A DNA stretch of 64,000 nt from assembly GCF_003334815.1 (NCBI RefSeq), contig NZ_QOWO01000005.1; one strand, written 5' to 3'. Below are positions 42,903 to 51,483 of this stretch, in pieces; the first letter of the stretch is position 1; each line of letters begins with the position of its first letter. The notes under the pieces are model-generated. The model was not told where the DNA came from. It did not search any database and saw only the letters and a program-made list of their open reading frames with translations. The stretch comes from Escherichia coli (GTDB taxonomy: Bacteria; Pseudomonadota; Gammaproteobacteria; Enterobacterales; Enterobacteriaceae). The position numbers were made by a program, and so were the translations under genes.

Positions 42903-44072
42903 TTACTGGCGCTTATCCAGCGCGACAAACGGGCGGTCTTCCGGTCCAACATAATTGGCGGAAGGACGGATAATTTTGTTGTCCTGACGTTGTTCGATAA
43001 TGTGCGCCGCCCAGCCGGTGACGCGGGCGATAACAAACAGTGGTGTGAACATCTCGGTGGGAACGCCCATCATGTTGTAGGAAACAGCAGAGAACCAGTC
43101 GAGATTGGGGAACATCTTTTTGCTCTCCCACATCACCGTTTCCAGGCGATCGGCGATGTTGTACATCTTCAGCGAGCCGCCTTCCTGCGAGAGCTGCTTC
43201 GCCACACGTTTAATCACCTGGTGGCGCGGGTCAGCGATGGTGTAAACCGGATGACCAAAACCAATGACCACTTCTTTGTTTTCCACGCGCTTGCGGATAT
43301 CTGCTTCGGCTTCGTCCGGCGTTTCGTAGCGTTGCTGGATCTCCAGCGACACTTCATTCGCCCCGCCGTGTTTTGGCCCGCGCAGTGCGCCAATCGCGCC
43401 AATAATCGCGGAATACATATCAGAGCCGGTGCCCGCAATCACCCGACTGGTAAAGGTGGAGGCGTTAAACTCGTGTTCGGCGTACAGCACCAGCGAGATA
43501 TGCATCGCCTTTTCCCAGCTTTGCGATGGCTTTTCGCCGTGCATCAGATGCAGGAAGTGACCGCCGATGGAGTCGTCATCGGTTTCCGGTTGGATGCGTT
43601 CGCCGTTGTGGCTGTAGTGATACCAATAAAGGAGAATCGAGCTAAGCGACGCCAGCAGTTTGTCGGCAATATCCCGCGCGCCAGAGACGGTATGCCCCTC
43701 TTTTTCTGGCAGCGTGCAGCCGAGCGCGGAAACACCGGTGCGCATAACATCCATCGGGTGCGACGCCGCCGGTAAGGCTTCCAGCACGGTACGCACGTTA
43801 GCCGGTAAACCGCGCAGGGCTTTCAGTTTCGTTTTGTAAGCGGCGAGTTCGTCACGGGTCGGCAGTTTGCCGTGGATCAGCAGATGCGCCACTTCTTCAA
43901 ATTCGCAATGTTTCGCCAGATCAAGAATATCGTAGCCGCGGTAATGCAGGTCATTGCCACTTTTACCCACGGTGCAGAGCGCCGTATTGCCCGCCGGAAC
44001 GCCAGAAAGTGCCACAGATTTTTTCGGTTTAATGACATGGGTACTGTTTTGCAGGATCGTTGTGTCGCTCAT
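42903..44072 (-). CDS. prpC: 2-methylcitrate synthase
   Basis: 389-aa ORF of the citrate synthase family (GFGHPVY motif). Recognised sequence. Confidence 0.97.
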   Translation of the reverse strand: MSDTTILQNSTHVIKPKKSVALSGVPAGNTALCTVGKSGNDLHYRGYDILDLAKHCEFEEVAHLLIHGKLPTRDELAAYKTKLKALRGLPANVRTVLEALPAASHPMDVMRTGVSALGCTLPEKEGHTVSGARDIADKLLASLSSILLYWYHYSHNGERIQPETDDDSIGGHFLHLMHGEKPSQSWEKAMHISLVLYAEHEFNASTFTSRVIAGTGSDMYSAIIGAIGALRGPKHGGANEVSLEIQQRYETPDEAEADIRKRVENKEVVIGFGHPVYTIADPRHQVIKRVAKQLSQEGGSLKMYNIADRLETVMWESKKMFPNLDWFSAVSYNMMGVPTEMFTPLFVIARVTGWAAHIIEQRQDNKIIRPSANYVGPEDRPFVALDKRQ

Positions 44073-44114
44073 GTTGTCCTCGTCATTGTTATCATTTGTA
44101 GGGTCGAGATTGTT

Positions 44115-44393
44115 GTCGGATGCGACGCTATGCGTCTTATCCGACCTACAGTTCAGTTCACCCCGTAGGCCTGATAAGTCGCGTCAGCGGCGCATCAGGC
44201 ATCGGTTGTCGGATGCGACGCTATGCGTCTTATCCGACCTACAGTTCAGTGCACCCCGTAGGCCTGATAAGTCACGTCAGCGGCGCATCAGGCATCGGTT
44301 GTCGGATGCGACGCCATCCGTCTTATCCGACCTACAGTTCAGTGCACCTCGTAGGCCTGATAAGTCGCGTCAGCGACGCATCAGGCATCGGCT
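44115..44393. repeat. Three tandem 93-bp BIME units (six REPs) inside the prpBCDE operon, between prpB and prpC
   Basis: gtcggatgcgacgc(t/c)at(g/c)cgtcttatccgacctacagttcagt.cacc.cgtaggcctgataagtc.cgtcagcg.cgcatcaggcatcgg.t starts at 44115, 44208 and 44301, an exact 93-bp period. Confidence 0.92.
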
Positions 44394-44418
44394 GTCGAAT
44401 ACAATCAACGGGCGTTTT

Positions 44419-45309
44419 TTATTTCACCTGGCTACGGGCAAACAGGTTGTCGAGCTTCTCTTCGTACTGGTAGTAGTTGATGCTTTCGTACAGCTCGTTG
44501 CGGGTCTGCATGGTGTCGATGACGCTTTTCTGCGTGCCTTCCTGGCGCAGGACGTTGTAGACATGTTCAGCGGCGCGGTTCATGGCGCGGAACGCTGAAA
44601 GTGGGTACAGCGCCATTGCGACATGGGCGCTGCGTAATTCGTCGGTGGTAAACAGCGGCGTGGCACCAAATTCGGTGATGTTGGCGAGGATCGGCACCTG
44701 CACCGCATCGGCAAACTGGCGGTACATGGCGAGTTCGGTAATCGCCTCCGGGAACAACATCTCGGCACCCGCTTCAACATAGGCCTGCGCACGCTCGATC
44801 GCCGCATCCAGCCCCTCTACCGCCAGAGCATCGGTGCGCGCCATGATCACAAAATCAGGATCGGTTTTCGCATCCACCGCCGCGCGGATCCGATCCACCA
44901 TCTCTTCTTTCGAGACGATCGCTTTATTCGGACGATGACCGCAGCGTTTCGCACCAACCTGATCTTCAATATGCAATCCTGCCGCACCGGCTTTAATCAT
45001 CGATTTCACGGTGCGCGCCACGTTAAAGGCCGAAGAACCAAAACCGATATCCGCATCCACCAGCAGCGGCAGCGAACAAACGTCGGTGATACGGCGAATG
45101 TCGGTCAGCACATCATCAAGGGTAGAAATACCGAGATCGGGCAGCCCCAGCGAACCTGCCGCCACGCCACCGCCAGAAAGATAAATTGCCTGATATCCGG
45201 CACGCTGCGCCAACAGCGCATGATTAGCGTTGATGGTGCCAACAATCTGCAATGGATTTTCTTTAGTCAGTGCAGCGCGAAACGCTTTACCTGGAGAGTG
45301 TAGAGACAT
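44419..45309 (-). CDS. prpB: 2-methylisocitrate lyase
   Basis: 296-aa ORF of the isocitrate lyase/PEP mutase family ([24 protein letters not shown]...). Recognised sequence. Confidence 0.97.
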   Translation of the reverse strand: MSLHSPGKAFRAALTKENPLQIVGTINANHALLAQRAGYQAIYLSGGGVAAGSLGLPDLGISTLDDVLTDIRRITDVCSLPLLVDADIGFGSSAFNVARTVKSMIKAGAAGLHIEDQVGAKRCGHRPNKAIVSKEEMVDRIRAAVDAKTDPDFVIMARTDALAVEGLDAAIERAQAYVEAGAEMLFPEAITELAMYRQFADAVQVPILANITEFGATPLFTTDELRSAHVAMALYPLSAFRAMNRAAEHVYNVLRQEGTQKSVIDTMQTRNELYESINYYQYEEKLDNLFARSQVK

Positions 45310-45355
45310 AGCCCATCCTTTGTTATCAACTTGTTATTTGCGTTGATAAAGACAA

Positions 45356-45371
45356 AGCAAGGGGTGTGCCA
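45356..45371 (-). promoter_or_regulatory. sigma54 (-24/-12) promoter of prpBCDE
   Basis: The prpB strand reads TGGCAC-ACCCC-TTGCT, a perfect GG-N10-GC spacing. It lies about 47-62 nt upstream of the prpB ATG, and the adjacent divergent gene encodes a sigma54 activator. Confidence 0.85.
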
Positions 45372-45444
45372 CAATTGCCTTAATAAAATTAAATGTTTAA
45401 TTTCAATTTGTTAGAGATAAAGTCATGAACTAATCCGCAAATAT

Positions 45445-45504
45445 GCGTTTCAGTTAACGTTTCAGGCAATGTTTCACCGCGTTTCATTGCAACAATTATG
45501 AAAC
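45445..45504. promoter_or_regulatory. Candidate PrpR enhancer: four GTTTCA repeats plus an inverted TGAAAC
   Basis: GTTTCA occurs at 45447, 45459, 45471 and 45481. gtttcat (45481-87) and atgaaac (45498-504) form an inverted repeat about 110-140 bp upstream of the sigma54 promoter. Confidence 0.55.
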
Positions 45505-45547
45505 AAGACTAAACCCAATATTCGGTTTCTTAACTTTGCGGTGCGCT

Positions 45548-47134
45548 ATGGCACATCCACCACGGCTTAATGACGACAAACCGGTTATCTGGACGGTATC
45601 TGTAACGCGCCTGTTCGAGCTGTTTCGCGATATCAGCCTCGAGTTTGATCACCTGGCGAACATTACCCCTATTCAGCTTGGCTTTGAAAAAGCAGTGACC
45701 TACATCCGCAAGAAACTGGCAAACGAACGCTGTGACGCCATCATCGCGGCTGGCTCTAACGGCGCGTACCTGAAAAGCCGCCTGTCAGTGCCAGTTATTT
45801 TGATTAAACCGAGCGGCTACGATGTGTTACAGGCACTGGCAAAAGCCGGAAAACTCACCTCTTCTATCGGCGTTGTCACCTATCAGGAAACCATTCCAGC
45901 GCTGGTGGCGTTTCAAAAAACCTTTAATTTGCGCCTCGACCAACGTAGCTACATTACCGAGGAAGACGCACGCGGGCAGATTAACGAGCTAAAAGCTAAC
46001 GGCACCGAAGCGGTGGTCGGCGCAGGGCTGATTACCGATTTGGCAGAAGAAGCCGGAATGACCGGAATTTTTATCTATTCCGCCGCCACCGTGCGCCAGG
46101 CGTTCAGCGATGCGCTGGATATGACGCGCATGTCGTTACGCCATAACACTCACGATGCCACCCGCAACGCCCTGCGTACTCGTTACGTGCTGGGCGATAT
46201 GCTCGGTCAATCACCACAGATGGAACAAGTACGGCAGACTATTTTGCTGTATGCCCGCTCCAGTGCGGCGGTGTTGATTGAGGGGGAAACGGGGACGGGC
46301 AAAGAGCTGGCGGCCCAGGCGATTCATCGGGAATATTTTGCCCGCCACGATGCGCGACAGGGCAAAAAGTCGCATCCGTTTGTTGCCGTCAACTGCGGGG
46401 CGATTGCCGAATCGCTGCTGGAAGCAGAACTGTTTGGCTATGAGGAAGGGGCGTTTACCGGCTCGCGACGCGGAGGTCGCGCCGGGCTGTTCGAAATTGC
46501 CCACGGCGGTACGCTGTTTCTGGATGAGATTGGCGAAATGCCGCTACCTTTGCAGACCCGGCTGCTGCGGGTGCTGGAAGAAAAAGAGGTCACCCGCGTC
46601 GGCGGGCATCAGCCTGTTCCGGTAGATGTACGGGTCATTAGCGCCACTCACTGCAATCTGGAAGAAGATATGCAGCAAGGACGTTTTCGCCGTGATCTGT
46701 TTTATCGGCTGAGTATTTTGCGTCTGCAATTGCCACCACTGCGCGAGCGGGTGGCGGATATTCTTCCGCTGGCGGAAAGCTTTTTGAAAGTGTCTCTGGC
46801 GGCGCTCTCCGCCCCATTTTCTGCTGCATTACGCCAGGGGTTACAGGCAAGTGAAACTGTGCTGCTGCACTACGACTGGCCAGGCAATATTCGTGAACTG
46901 CGCAATATGATGGAACGACTGGCGCTGTTTTTAAGTGTGGAACCGACGCCGGATTTAACGCCGCAGTTTATGCAACTGCTACTGCCGGAACTGGCGCGCG
47001 AGTCGGCGAAAACTCCCGCTCCACGCTTACTGACACCACAACAGGCACTGGAGAAATTTAATGGCGATAAAACAGCAGCGGCGAATTATTTAGGCATCAG
47101 CCGGACGACGTTCTGGCGGCGGCTGAAAAGCTGA
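45548..47134 (+). CDS. prpR: PrpR, sigma54-dependent activator of the propionate operon
   Basis: The ORF track gives 45536..47134. I place the start at ATG 45548 ([15 protein letters not shown]...), giving 528 aa. AAA+ Walker [14 protein letters not shown] loop and C-terminal HTH are present. Confidence 0.95.
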   Translation: MAHPPRLNDDKPVIWTVSVTRLFELFRDISLEFDHLANITPIQLGFEKAVTYIRKKLANERCDAIIAAGSNGAYLKSRLSVPVILIKPSGYDVLQALAKAGKLTSSIGVVTYQETIPALVAFQKTFNLRLDQRSYITEEDARGQINELKANGTEAVVGAGLITDLAEEAGMTGIFIYSAATVRQAFSDALDMTRMSLRHNTHDATRNALRTRYVLGDMLGQSPQMEQVRQTILLYARSSAAVLIEGETGTGKELAAQAIHREYFARHDARQGKKSHPFVAVNCGAIAESLLEAELFGYEEGAFTGSRRGGRAGLFEIAHGGTLFLDEIGEMPLPLQTRLLRVLEEKEVTRVGGHQPVPVDVRVISATHCNLEEDMQQGRFRRDLFYRLSILRLQLPPLRERVADILPLAESFLKVSLAALSAPFSAALRQGLQASETVLLHYDWPGNIRELRNMMERLALFLSVEPTPDLTPQFMQLLLPELARESAKTPAPRLLTPQQALEKFNGDKTAAANYLGISRTTFWRRLKS

Positions 47135-47136
47135 AC

Positions 47137-47168
47137 TGCCGAATGCAGCGCGAACGCTTTATCCGGCA
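47137..47168. repeat. Single degenerate REP after prpR
   Basis: tgccgaatgcagcgcgaacgctttatccggca. Confidence 0.7.
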
Positions 47169-47231
47169 TAAATTTCAATAGATGATCACCGATAAACTTA
47201 CGCATCGGAGATGTTTACATAGGATTCAGAA

Positions 47232-47507
47232 TTACTTCTTCTTATAAATATTTGCCGTGCCGTGGATCTTATTGTCAGTTTGACCGGAGGTCAGTACCAA
47301 CACATCAGCCCCTTTTTCATCCGCTTTTTTGATCAAATCTTCTTTTGCATCTGCAGTCGACATTTCATTGCTGGTTGAAATATCACCTATTTTTTCATAC
47401 TGCGATTCAACTTTTTCAAATTCCGCTTTGGTCATCAATTCAGCGGCATAGACATTGGTAACGGCTAACGCTAACGCACCGACTAACATTTTAGAGATTA
47501 TTTTCAT
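47232..47507 (-). CDS. yahO: YahO, small periplasmic DUF1471 (YhcN/BhsA-family) protein
   Basis: 91-aa ORF with signal peptide [21 protein letters not shown]. Recognised sequence. Confidence 0.93.
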   Translation of the reverse strand: MKIISKMLVGALALAVTNVYAAELMTKAEFEKVESQYEKIGDISTSNEMSTADAKEDLIKKADEKGADVLVLTSGQTDNKIHGTANIYKKK

Positions 47508-47653
47508 ATTACGGCTCCAGAGTTGTTATCACACTATCACCCACCCACATTATTGGGTTGATTAATAATTAGTTCAGTCAGGGCATAAACGCCAGTAACC
47601 GGAAATAAGACACTTTGTGATCTCTCTCGCACCCGATTATTTTTGGTAGAAAT

Positions 47654-48325
47654 ATGATGCAGTTAGTTCACTTATTTATGGATGAAATCACTATGGATCC
47701 TTTGCATGCCGTTTACCTGACCGTAGGACTGTTCGTGATTACTTTTTTTAATCCGGGAGCCAATCTCTTTGTGGTAGTACAAACCAGCCTGGCTTCCGGT
47801 CGACGCGCAGGGGTGCTGACCGGGCTGGGCGTGGCGCTGGGCGATGCATTTTATTCCGGGTTGGGTTTGTTTGGTCTTGCAACGCTAATTACGCAGTGTG
47901 AGGAGATTTTTTCGCTTATCAGAATCGTCGGCGGCGCTTATCTCTTATGGTTTGCGTGGTGCAGCATGCGCCGCCAGTCAACACCGCAAATGAGCACACT
48001 ACAACAACCGATTAGCGCCCCCTGGTATGTCTTTTTTCGCCGCGGATTAATTACCGATCTCTCTAACCCGCAAACCGTTTTATTTTTTATCAGTATTTTC
48101 TCAGTAACATTAAATGCCGAAACACCAACATGGGCACGTTTAATGGCCTGGGCGGGGATTGTGCTCGCATCAATTATCTGGCGAGTTTTTCTTAGTCAGG
48201 CGTTTTCTTTGCCCGCTGTGCGTCGTGCTTATGGGCGTATGCAACGCGTTGCCAGTCGGGTTATTGGTGCAATTATTGGTGTATTCGCGCTACGCCTGAT
48301 TTACGAAGGGGTGACGCAGCGGTGA
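47654..48325 (+). CDS. yahN: YahN, LysE/RhtB-family amino-acid exporter
   Basis: 223-aa ORF with about 6 TM segments. Recognised sequence. Confidence 0.9.
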   Translation: MMQLVHLFMDEITMDPLHAVYLTVGLFVITFFNPGANLFVVVQTSLASGRRAGVLTGLGVALGDAFYSGLGLFGLATLITQCEEIFSLIRIVGGAYLLWFAWCSMRRQSTPQMSTLQQPISAPWYVFFRRGLITDLSNPQTVLFFISIFSVTLNAETPTWARLMAWAGIVLASIIWRVFLSQAFSLPAVRRAYGRMQRVASRVIGAIIGVFALRLIYEGVTQR

Positions 48326-48341
48326 GCAGATAATTTACTCT

Positions 48342-48587
48342 CTACGTAATCAACCTGATTTGCCGAATCACGGCCATCGGCGATGATAGCCCCCGTAATG
48401 CGTGGTCCTTATTTCCGATAAGTTTACTTGAGTCTTTAGCTTCCCATTTCAGCCCACTCTCCCCTGTGTGGGCTTTTTTCATTGGTCTGCCCCATCCTGA
48501 ATAGCCAAACAATGGCAATGTTCCACTTTGCAGGGATGATAATAAGGGGATCTGATTCAGAAGAGTTTTGAAAAGTTGGACCGCCAT
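48342..48587 (-). CDS. yahM: YahM, annotated 81-aa hypothetical ORF (doubtful)
   Basis: Matches the K-12 yahM ORF I recall (MAVQLFKTLLNQIPLL...). However, it contains the opposite-strand yahN terminator, and its 5' end overlaps the tRNA-like element. Confidence 0.3.
   Translation of the reverse strand: MAVQLFKTLLNQIPLLSSLQSGTLPLFGYSGWGRPMKKAHTGESGLKWEAKDSSKLIGNKDHALRGLSSPMAVIRQIRLIT
48451..48479 (+). terminator. Rho-independent terminator, probably for yahN
   Basis: agcccac-tctcccctgt-gtgggct followed by ttttt, about 125 nt after the yahN stop. Confidence 0.75.
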
Positions 48588-48657
48588 CGAGGCCTCGAAC
48601 CCCGTACCATACAACAATCCTGGTTGTCGTCTGCTCTTCCTGATGAGCTAATGGCGG
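48577..48657 (-). ncRNA. tRNA-like element (cloverleaf with encoded CCA and a non-canonical anticodon arm); possible tRNA pseudogene or att remnant
   Basis: The minus strand reads CCGCCAT TA GCTC ATCAGGAA GAGC A GACG ACAAC CAGGATT GTTGT ATGGTA CGGGG TTCGAGG CCTCG ATGGCGG T CCA. It has a perfect 7-bp acceptor stem, a perfect 4-bp D stem, a 5-bp T stem and a TTCGA T-loop. Confidence 0.55.
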
Positions 48658-48999
48658 TTTTTGATATGAGCCTTACAGCATATTTTCTGTCAGGCTTGAG
48701 TGCGATGCGTAAGATACAGAAAAGACCCCACGCAAACATGATGGAATTATGATTTTTTTCATATGAATGTCAACCAACACATTCACAAAACATCTGCATG
48801 AGATCATTTTTTATACACCGCATGGCTGCGAAACCACTACTGGTGCTTTTTTAAGCGAAGTGTCGCCGATCACAACAAAATATCGGCGAAAAAAGAGATG
48901 GAATGCCAGTTGGCATACAGATATACAGATGAAATGATTACCTGCATTGCGATTCACTCTCAGGTGGAATAACAACTTGCAGGTGGAACCCTTTCTGAA

Positions 49000-49815
49000 C
49001 TAAAGAGTGTAGCGGATTTTAACGTGCTTATTTACAGGATAATATCTGTCACCTAATTCCTGCACTCTATTAGATATCCATTCATTTAATCGCGCATCAT
49101 CTCTGTATGTTTTTACGTCCAGAACAGAGAGCAATAACATCACCAGTGATTCAGGAAAAACAGGGTAGATATTTTTTAAGTGTAATAATAATCCATGCGC
49201 AAGCGCCTGCTTAATGGGCGCGTCTGTCTCCGGAATAGACGACATTTCGCGAAGCCATTTTTCCACATGCATACACTCTTTCCCTTTAGGGAAAATTCTC
49301 AGCAAAGGCATATGGTATTCAAGAAGAATACATTTGCAATCTGTTCGCACTGAATCGATAAACTGCACTAATTTCTTAAGCCCGGTAAAGCGTCCAGCCT
49401 GCACGTTTGCTTTAATATCAAGAAACGCATCATCCTGGTCATATACCCAAACTGTCCCTTTTTGATTTTCAAGTATGTGAAAAACAAACTTAACCGGGTG
49501 ATCAGGGTAATCCATCCAGTCATAAAATCCAGGGAAATCATTAAACTGCACATTTATGGTGAGTGCGTTATCGTCTGACCACTCACAGTCTCGTACGGCA
49601 GCCATGAGATGAATGAGTTTGTCGTCATCGACTAAATCATCACGACAATCATAAGGATAATCATAATATTGTTTAATCAAAACCTTGAATATATCGACAC
49701 AGGAAACCAGGGAGCTTTTGATATCCTCTGGTAACTGATTGTTTTTAACCGTATTAAGTATGCTTTGTTGCGTATATGGCATCAAATTATTGTGCGGAGC
49801 TTTTAATGATATCAT
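49000..49815 (-). CDS. yahL: YahL, acidic 271-aa protein of unknown function (low-GC gene)
   Basis: 271-aa ORF, recognised as yahL. It has no signal peptide or TM segment and no catalytic motif I can identify. Confidence 0.8.
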   Translation of the reverse strand: MISLKAPHNNLMPYTQQSILNTVKNNQLPEDIKSSLVSCVDIFKVLIKQYYDYPYDCRDDLVDDDKLIHLMAAVRDCEWSDDNALTINVQFNDFPGFYDWMDYPDHPVKFVFHILENQKGTVWVYDQDDAFLDIKANVQAGRFTGLKKLVQFIDSVRTDCKCILLEYHMPLLRIFPKGKECMHVEKWLREMSSIPETDAPIKQALAHGLLLHLKNIYPVFPESLVMLLLSVLDVKTYRDDARLNEWISNRVQELGDRYYPVNKHVKIRYTL

Positions 49816-49982
49816 CGCGATCTCTCTTAAATAAAAATAAACGTCGCAGATAATAAAGCTCTGATTAAACCAGGCACTATCAGAAATCGCTCATAACTAA
49901 CGTGTGAAGTATTGTGTACTGGAGGGCGTTAATTTAACAATTTAAATTTACGTTATAGGTTTTACTGCTACTTTGATATTAT

Positions 49983-50020
49983 TTCGCTCTCCTTAACTAA
50001 AAAGTTAAGTGGAGAGCGAA
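49983..50020. other. Long bulged hairpin between yahK and yahL
   Basis: ttcgctctccttaact-aaaa-agttaag(tg)gagagcgaa forms 16 paired bases with a 2-nt bulge. No U-tract lies on either strand. Confidence 0.6.
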
Positions 50021-50057
50021 GTTAATATGTTAAACCACAAGGTATTTATTAATTTTT

Positions 50058-51107
50058 TCAGTCTGTTAGTGTGCGATTATCGATAACAAAACGATATTTC
50101 ACATCACCGCGCAGCATTCGCTCATAGGCTTCATTAATTTGATCGGCCCGAATCATCTCTATATCAGCCACGATGCCATGTTCGGCGCAAAAATCGAGCA
50201 TCTCCTGAGTTTCTGGAATGCCGCCAATCATAGAACCGGCTATCGCACGGCGTTTCATGATCAGGTTGAAAACTTCCGGCGATTTATGCGGTGTCGCAGG
50301 CGCACCAACCAGCGTCATGGTGCCATCACGCTTCAGCAAGGTGGTAAAATCGTCGAGATTATGTGGCGCAGCTACTGTATTCAAAATGAAATCGAAACTC
50401 TTCAGATGAGCCGCCATCTCATCGGCATTGCGTGAGTTAACAACTTCATCGGCCCCCAGGGCTTTTGCCGCTTCGCGTTTTGCCTCAGAAGTGGTAAATG
50501 CCACCACATGTGCCCCCATCGCGTGGGCCAGCTTAATCCCCATATGTCCCAGACCGCCGATGCCGACCACGCCCACTTTTTTACCCGGCCCGGCCTGCCA
50601 GTGACGTAGCGGCGAATACGTGGTGATCCCTGCACACAACAAAGGAGCCACCGCCGCCAGCTGCTCTTGCGGGTGACGAATACGCAGAACATATCGCTCA
50701 TGAACGACGATCTGTTGTGAGTAGCCGCCCAGAGTATGGCCCGGTTCGTCCGGCGTCGGCGAGTTATAGGTGCCGGTCATGTGATCACAGTAGTTTTCCA
50801 ACCCGTCTTCACACTCTTCGCAATGTTTACAACTGTCGACAATGCAGCCGACACCGACCAGATCGCCCGGCGCATATTTTTCTACCTGATCACCAACGGC
50901 TACCACACGCCCCACAATTTCATGACCCGGCACGCAGGGGTAAACCGTCCCCGCCCACTCGGAACGGACCTGGTGGAGAGCGGAATGGCAAACGCCACAG
51001 TAAGCGATTTCGATTTTGACATCATTCGGTCCCGGTTCACGCCGGGTGATATCCATCGGTTCAAGTGGTTGTTTAGCGGAATATGCACCAACAGCTTTGA
51101 TCTTCAT
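50058..51107 (-). CDS. yahK: YahK, NADPH-dependent aldehyde reductase (Zn-dependent CAD-family ADH)
   Basis: 349-aa ORF with GHE motif (PGHEIVG), structural-Zn Cys cluster CKHCEECEDGLENYC and Rossmann GIGGLGH. The catalytic-site motif reads CGVCHSALH (see findings). Confidence 0.95.
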   Translation of the reverse strand: MKIKAVGAYSAKQPLEPMDITRREPGPNDVKIEIAYCGVCHSALHQVRSEWAGTVYPCVPGHEIVGRVVAVGDQVEKYAPGDLVGVGCIVDSCKHCEECEDGLENYCDHMTGTYNSPTPDEPGHTLGGYSQQIVVHERYVLRIRHPQEQLAAVAPLLCAGITTYSPLRHWQAGPGKKVGVVGIGGLGHMGIKLAHAMGAHVVAFTTSEAKREAAKALGADEVVNSRNADEMAAHLKSFDFILNTVAAPHNLDDFTTLLKRDGTMTLVGAPATPHKSPEVFNLIMKRRAIAGSMIGGIPETQEMLDFCAEHGIVADIEMIRADQINEAYERMLRGDVKYRFVIDNRTLTD

Positions 51108-51483
51108 TGTGTTTACTCCTGATTAGCTATGTGTATTTGGCAACGCCTGATATGTCATCGCGGCAAAACGCGTCCATTGAATATAGCCAATATTTAAACC
51201 ACCCGATCCAGCCCCAACATGCCGCGAGCCTGAATGAAACAGAGCAGCAACGTTCCCCATAAGGCGAGCGCCTGTAAGTGTGATATTTGCTATCTGTAAA
51301 AGACTAAAATCGGCAAAACTGATGATCTTTTCACGTAGACAAATAGTTATCTACACAACGTCAATAAGGGCATATTCCTCAAAGATAATGTCCATTTCTG
51401 CCGACACACTCATATTCAGATTGCCCCACTCCCTGGGGCTTAAATCTCTTACTATTCACCGTTGCAGGCGTTTCAAATGCGCA

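Noticed and set aside
44115-44393. Possibility that the regular tandem repeats here or at 16957-17163 are a CRISPR array
   Set aside because: The units are contiguous, with no unique spacers. The repeats are the well-known palindromic REP sequences found all over this window, and no cas genes are present.
43954-44598. 214-aa ORF containing three 31-aa repeats ([30 protein letters not shown])
   Set aside because: The repeats are simply the translation of the 3 x 93-bp BIME array. The ORF starts antisense in prpC and ends antisense in prpB.
48557-48739. 60-aa minus-strand ORF overlapping the tRNA-like element
   Set aside because: The RNA-like cloverleaf better explains the sequence constraints. 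The ORF has no SD and an implausible composition.
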